The notes under the pieces were generated by a model that saw nothing but the letters and a program-made list of their open reading frames with translations, did no database searches and was not told the DNA's origin. From NCBI GenBank assembly GCA_052273085.1, contig DAVZIW010000002.1:1-36350 (forward strand): 36,350 bases of DNA. The letters run 5' to 3'. A program made the position numbers and the translations under genes. Of this stretch, positions 34,373 through 36,350 are shown piece after piece. Each line of letters opens with the position of its first letter. Position 1 is the first letter of the stretch. Source of the stretch: Candidatus Enteromonas sp. (lineage in GTDB: Bacteria > Bacillota_I > Bacilli_A > RFN20 > CAG-826).

Positions 34373-34431
34373 TCGAAAAAGGGCGTATTTAGCCATAAAT
34401 GACTAAATTTAACTTAAAAGAGAACAATTAC

Positions 34432-36015
34432 TTAATTATTAACTTCGAATTCGTATTCCCCTGCTTCTAGAAGTTTATCAATTCCAGGAAGAATTAATCT
34501 AGCTTTTGTATTATATGGGACATCTTCATATTTAAGAGGCCAAGTCTCTGCTAATTTGCCGCTAGGATTAGCTATTCCAAATAATAATTTTCTAGTCGCT
34601 TCTCCTCCAGCCTCGCCAGGAAGATACATATTTAGAATTGCATTTATTTTATTTACAAATGGCAATTCAACTGGAGAGCCTCCAAATAATATTAATACGA
34701 TTGGTTTATTAGATTTAATAAGGGCATTTATTAATTCTAGTTGGTTTTTCGGCAAGGACATATTATTTCTATCTACCCCTTCGCTTTCACTAAAATCAGT
34801 TAACCCAACAAAAGCAAGGATGACATCATTAGAAGAAACATTCTTAATAGTCTCTTCAATCGAGGAATTATCTACTTCCTCTTTGTTTTCTTTATATCCT
34901 TTAACATATGTATAAGAGATATTTGCCTTATCAAAAGCGTCTTTAGGAGTAACTAGAAAGGCAGGATTAATCATTGAACTTCCAGACCCCTGGTAACGCA
35001 TCTTTTCAAAAAGTTCCCCGACGACTAGATATTTTTTAGAATTATCTAAAGGTAATATCCCATCATTTTTCATTAGGACAGCTGAATCAATAGCAATCTC
35101 TTCTGCTAAATCGGCATGCTTTTTAAAATCAGCTTCAATTTTATTTTTATTCTCATGTTTAGATACTAACTTTAAGACATTACCGACTGCTTTATCTAAA
35201 TCTTTGATATCTAGTTCTTTTGAATTAATCCCATCTACAATCCATTTACGGCAGATAGATGTATCTCCAGGCATTTCTAGATCTAGTCCTGCCCTAAGCG
35301 TTTCTAGTCTATCATGAGTTGCACCCCAGTCAGTCATGACTAGCCCATTAAATCCCCATTCATTTCTTAATACATCGCTAAGTAGCCATTTGTTTTGACA
35401 GCAATAAACCCCATTTATCCCGTTATATGAACACATTAATGTTTCAGGATGAGCTTCTTTAACTGCTATTTCAAATGGCTTTAGATATATTTCCCTAATC
35501 GCACGGTAACTAGCAATACTTTGTCCCATGAAACGGAAGTTTTCTGCATAATTAAGGGCAAAATGCTTTAAGGATACCCCCACCTCTTTGCTTTGGATTC
35601 CATTTATCTCAGAAGCAGCTAATTTACCTGCTAGAAGAGGATCTTCAGAGAAATATTCAAAATTCCTTCCTGCTAAAGGATTTCTTTTTATATTAGTACC
35701 AGGCCCTAAAACTATATCGATTCCATAATGGAGGGATTCTATTCCAATTGCCTCCCCCATCTTTTTTAGATTAGATATATTCCAGCTAGATGCAGAGCAA
35801 CATGCAGTTGGGAAAGAAGTCGCAATTCCACTTCCACTAACTCCATTATCCACTTCTTCAGTCTGGACTCTTAATCCATGGGGGCCATCTGAACATCTAA
35901 TGCTAGGAATATTTAGCCTTGGGACGGGATTTGTATACATAAAGTTAGTACCTGCTACTAAGGCGGCTTTTTCTTCAATGGTCAATGCATTTAAAAGTTT
36001 GCCTAAATCTTCCAT
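34432..36015 (-). CDS. Glycoside hydrolase family 3 beta-glucosidase-like enzyme, short form (527 aa), no signal peptide
   Basis: GH3 N-domain motifs are present: IRCSDGPHGLR, KHFALNY and the nucleophile region GFNGLVMTDWGA. The C-terminal alpha/beta domain has LFGIANPSGKLAETWP. An AAGGAG SD lies 8 nt upstream. Confidence 0.88.
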   Translation of the reverse strand: MEDLGKLLNALTIEEKAALVAGTNFMYTNPVPRLNIPSIRCSDGPHGLRVQTEEVDNGVSGSGIATSFPTACCSASSWNISNLKKMGEAIGIESLHYGIDIVLGPGTNIKRNPLAGRNFEYFSEDPLLAGKLAASEINGIQSKEVGVSLKHFALNYAENFRFMGQSIASYRAIREIYLKPFEIAVKEAHPETLMCSYNGINGVYCCQNKWLLSDVLRNEWGFNGLVMTDWGATHDRLETLRAGLDLEMPGDTSICRKWIVDGINSKELDIKDLDKAVGNVLKLVSKHENKNKIEADFKKHADLAEEIAIDSAVLMKNDGILPLDNSKKYLVVGELFEKMRYQGSGSSMINPAFLVTPKDAFDKANISYTYVKGYKENKEEVDNSSIEETIKNVSSNDVILAFVGLTDFSESEGVDRNNMSLPKNQLELINALIKSNKPIVLILFGGSPVELPFVNKINAILNMYLPGEAGGEATRKLLFGIANPSGKLAETWPLKYEDVPYNTKARLILPGIDKLLEAGEYEFEVNN

Positions 36016-36062
36016 CTAGAAACTCCTTTAACAATTACAGAGAATTTATAACATAATGCAAA

Positions 36063-36076
36063 TGTAATCGCTTACA
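36063..36076. promoter_or_regulatory. Catabolite-responsive element (cre, CcpA operator) in the divergent GH3 / AraC-like intergenic region
   Basis: TGTAATCGCTTACA matches every specified position of the cre consensus TGWAANCGNTNWCA. It is palindromic around the central CG and overlaps the candidate -35 of the plus-strand promoter. Confidence 0.65.
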
Positions 36077-36100
36077 TAATTGTTCGTTTTAACGTATAAT
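36072..36100 (+). promoter_or_regulatory. Candidate sigma-70 promoter for the AraC-like gene (TTACAT-N17-TATAAT)
   Basis: The -10 is a perfect TATAAT at 36095-36100. The spacer is 17 nt and the -35 is TTACAT. It lies 30 nt upstream of the ATG at 36131. Confidence 0.45.
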
Positions 36101-36130
36101 TGTTTTGATTTTAATAAAAGGATAATAAAT

Positions 36131-36350
36131 ATGAAACTAGAAGATATGGAATATCTATGTACTAATATTGCTAATCTAGCAGGTATACCTATAAGGATAT
36201 ATGAGGATAATAAACAGGTTTTCTATTATTCCTTGGTTAATCTAGTTAAGGATCCTCTTATCCCGCATGAAGAGGATATATTAAAGATTAAGGATCATAT
36301 TGGTTATTTTATTACCCCTAGGTTCCATTATTATGGGGTAGTCAATTCTT
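36131..36350 (+). CDS. 5' part of a probable AraC-family sugar-responsive regulator; the ORF runs off the right window edge and is absent from the track
   Basis: My translation is MKLEDMEYLCTNIANLAGIPIRIYEDNKQVFYYSLVNLVKDPLIPHEEDILKIKDHIGYFITPRFHYYGVVNS, with no stop before the window end. The pattern resembles the N-terminal sensing domains of Firmicute AraC-type regulators, and the gene is divergent from a glycosidase. The family call is tentative because the HTH part is not in the window. Confidence 0.4.
   Translation, partial: MKLEDMEYLCTNIANLAGIPIRIYEDNKQVFYYSLVNLVKDPLIPHEEDILKIKDHIGYFITPRFHYYGVVNS

Noticed and set aside
34322-34396. 25-codon N-terminal extension of the large lipoprotein ORF (MAKYALFRLQNKVSNIQFFGTLERT...), and the similar 20-codon extension at 9354-9413 of the second PrsA-like gene.
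   Set aside because: The extensions precede a canonical signal peptide and lack an SD. The internal ATGs (34321 and 9414) have good SDs and give proper n-region, h-region and lipobox architecture. The candidate promoter at 34345-34372 would also fall inside the extension.
35846-35854. DnaA-box-like 9-mer TTATCCACT, noted because mnmG-rsmG often lie near oriC.
   Set aside because: It is a single 8/9 match inside the GH3 coding sequence. There is no cluster of boxes, no AT-rich unwinding element next to it and no dnaA or dnaN in the window. There is no evidence for an origin.
1-36350. Alternative genetic code (TGA = Trp, as in Mycoplasma and Spiroplasma), considered because of the Mollicute-like lipoprotein content.
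   Set aside because: All long ORFs are intact under the standard code. Several genes end with TGA (for example mnmG, yhaM and the UPF0104 gene). Conserved Trp positions are encoded by TGG. Code 11 is therefore appropriate.
1-36350. CRISPR arrays, transposases or integrases, prophage genes, toxin-antitoxin pairs, restriction-modification or other defence systems, and tRNA or rRNA genes.
   Set aside because: I found no spaced direct-repeat array, no recognisable recombinase, nuclease or methylase motifs, and no tRNA-like T-arm or acceptor structure in any intergenic gap. The gaps are short and are explained by promoters, terminators and the kinase remnant.

Overview
This is a low-GC (roughly one-third G+C by eye) chromosomal segment that uses the standard genetic code: TGA acts as a stop and all Trp codons are TGG. 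Gene content fits a Bacillota/Mycoplasmatota-type organism, and the density of lipoproteins with a Firmicute-type sufCDSUB operon suggests an Acholeplasma- or Erysipelotrichia-like organism. That placement is inference only. Coding density is high and many gene junctions overlap.

Gene content, left to right:
- A minus-strand chain sufC-sufD-sufS-sufU-sufB-mnmG-rsmG.
- Two tandem giant PrsA/SurA-like lipoproteins and a HIT protein.
- A long minus-strand block: unknown 267-aa protein, divergent DegV, a 2-TM protein, TetR, a UPF0104/flippase-like membrane protein, a GT4 glycosyltransferase, recX and yhaM, with an SDR gene upstream.
- A three-gene lipoprotein operon whose first gene encodes a BspA-like LRR protein.
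- recN, a C69 dipeptidase, a decayed histidine-kinase remnant and tex.
- A sugar locus: an about 800-aa lipoprotein, a short GH3 beta-glucosidase and a divergent AraC-like gene, with a perfect CcpA cre box between the last two.

I found no rRNA, tRNA, CRISPR array, transposase, integrase or recognisable defence or phage genes. I do not see a clear novel system.

The most unusual items are:
- the lipoprotein operon and its paralog next to GH3;
- the lipid-themed supraoperon with a perfect palindrome over a ribosome-binding site;
- a strongly SD-preceded 22-codon sORF (containing Cys-Cys) ahead of sufC;
- three genes that look leaderless;
- gene-decay scars (the histidine-kinase remnant and the shortened GH3).

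All family assignments come from motif recognition by eye. No database search was run.
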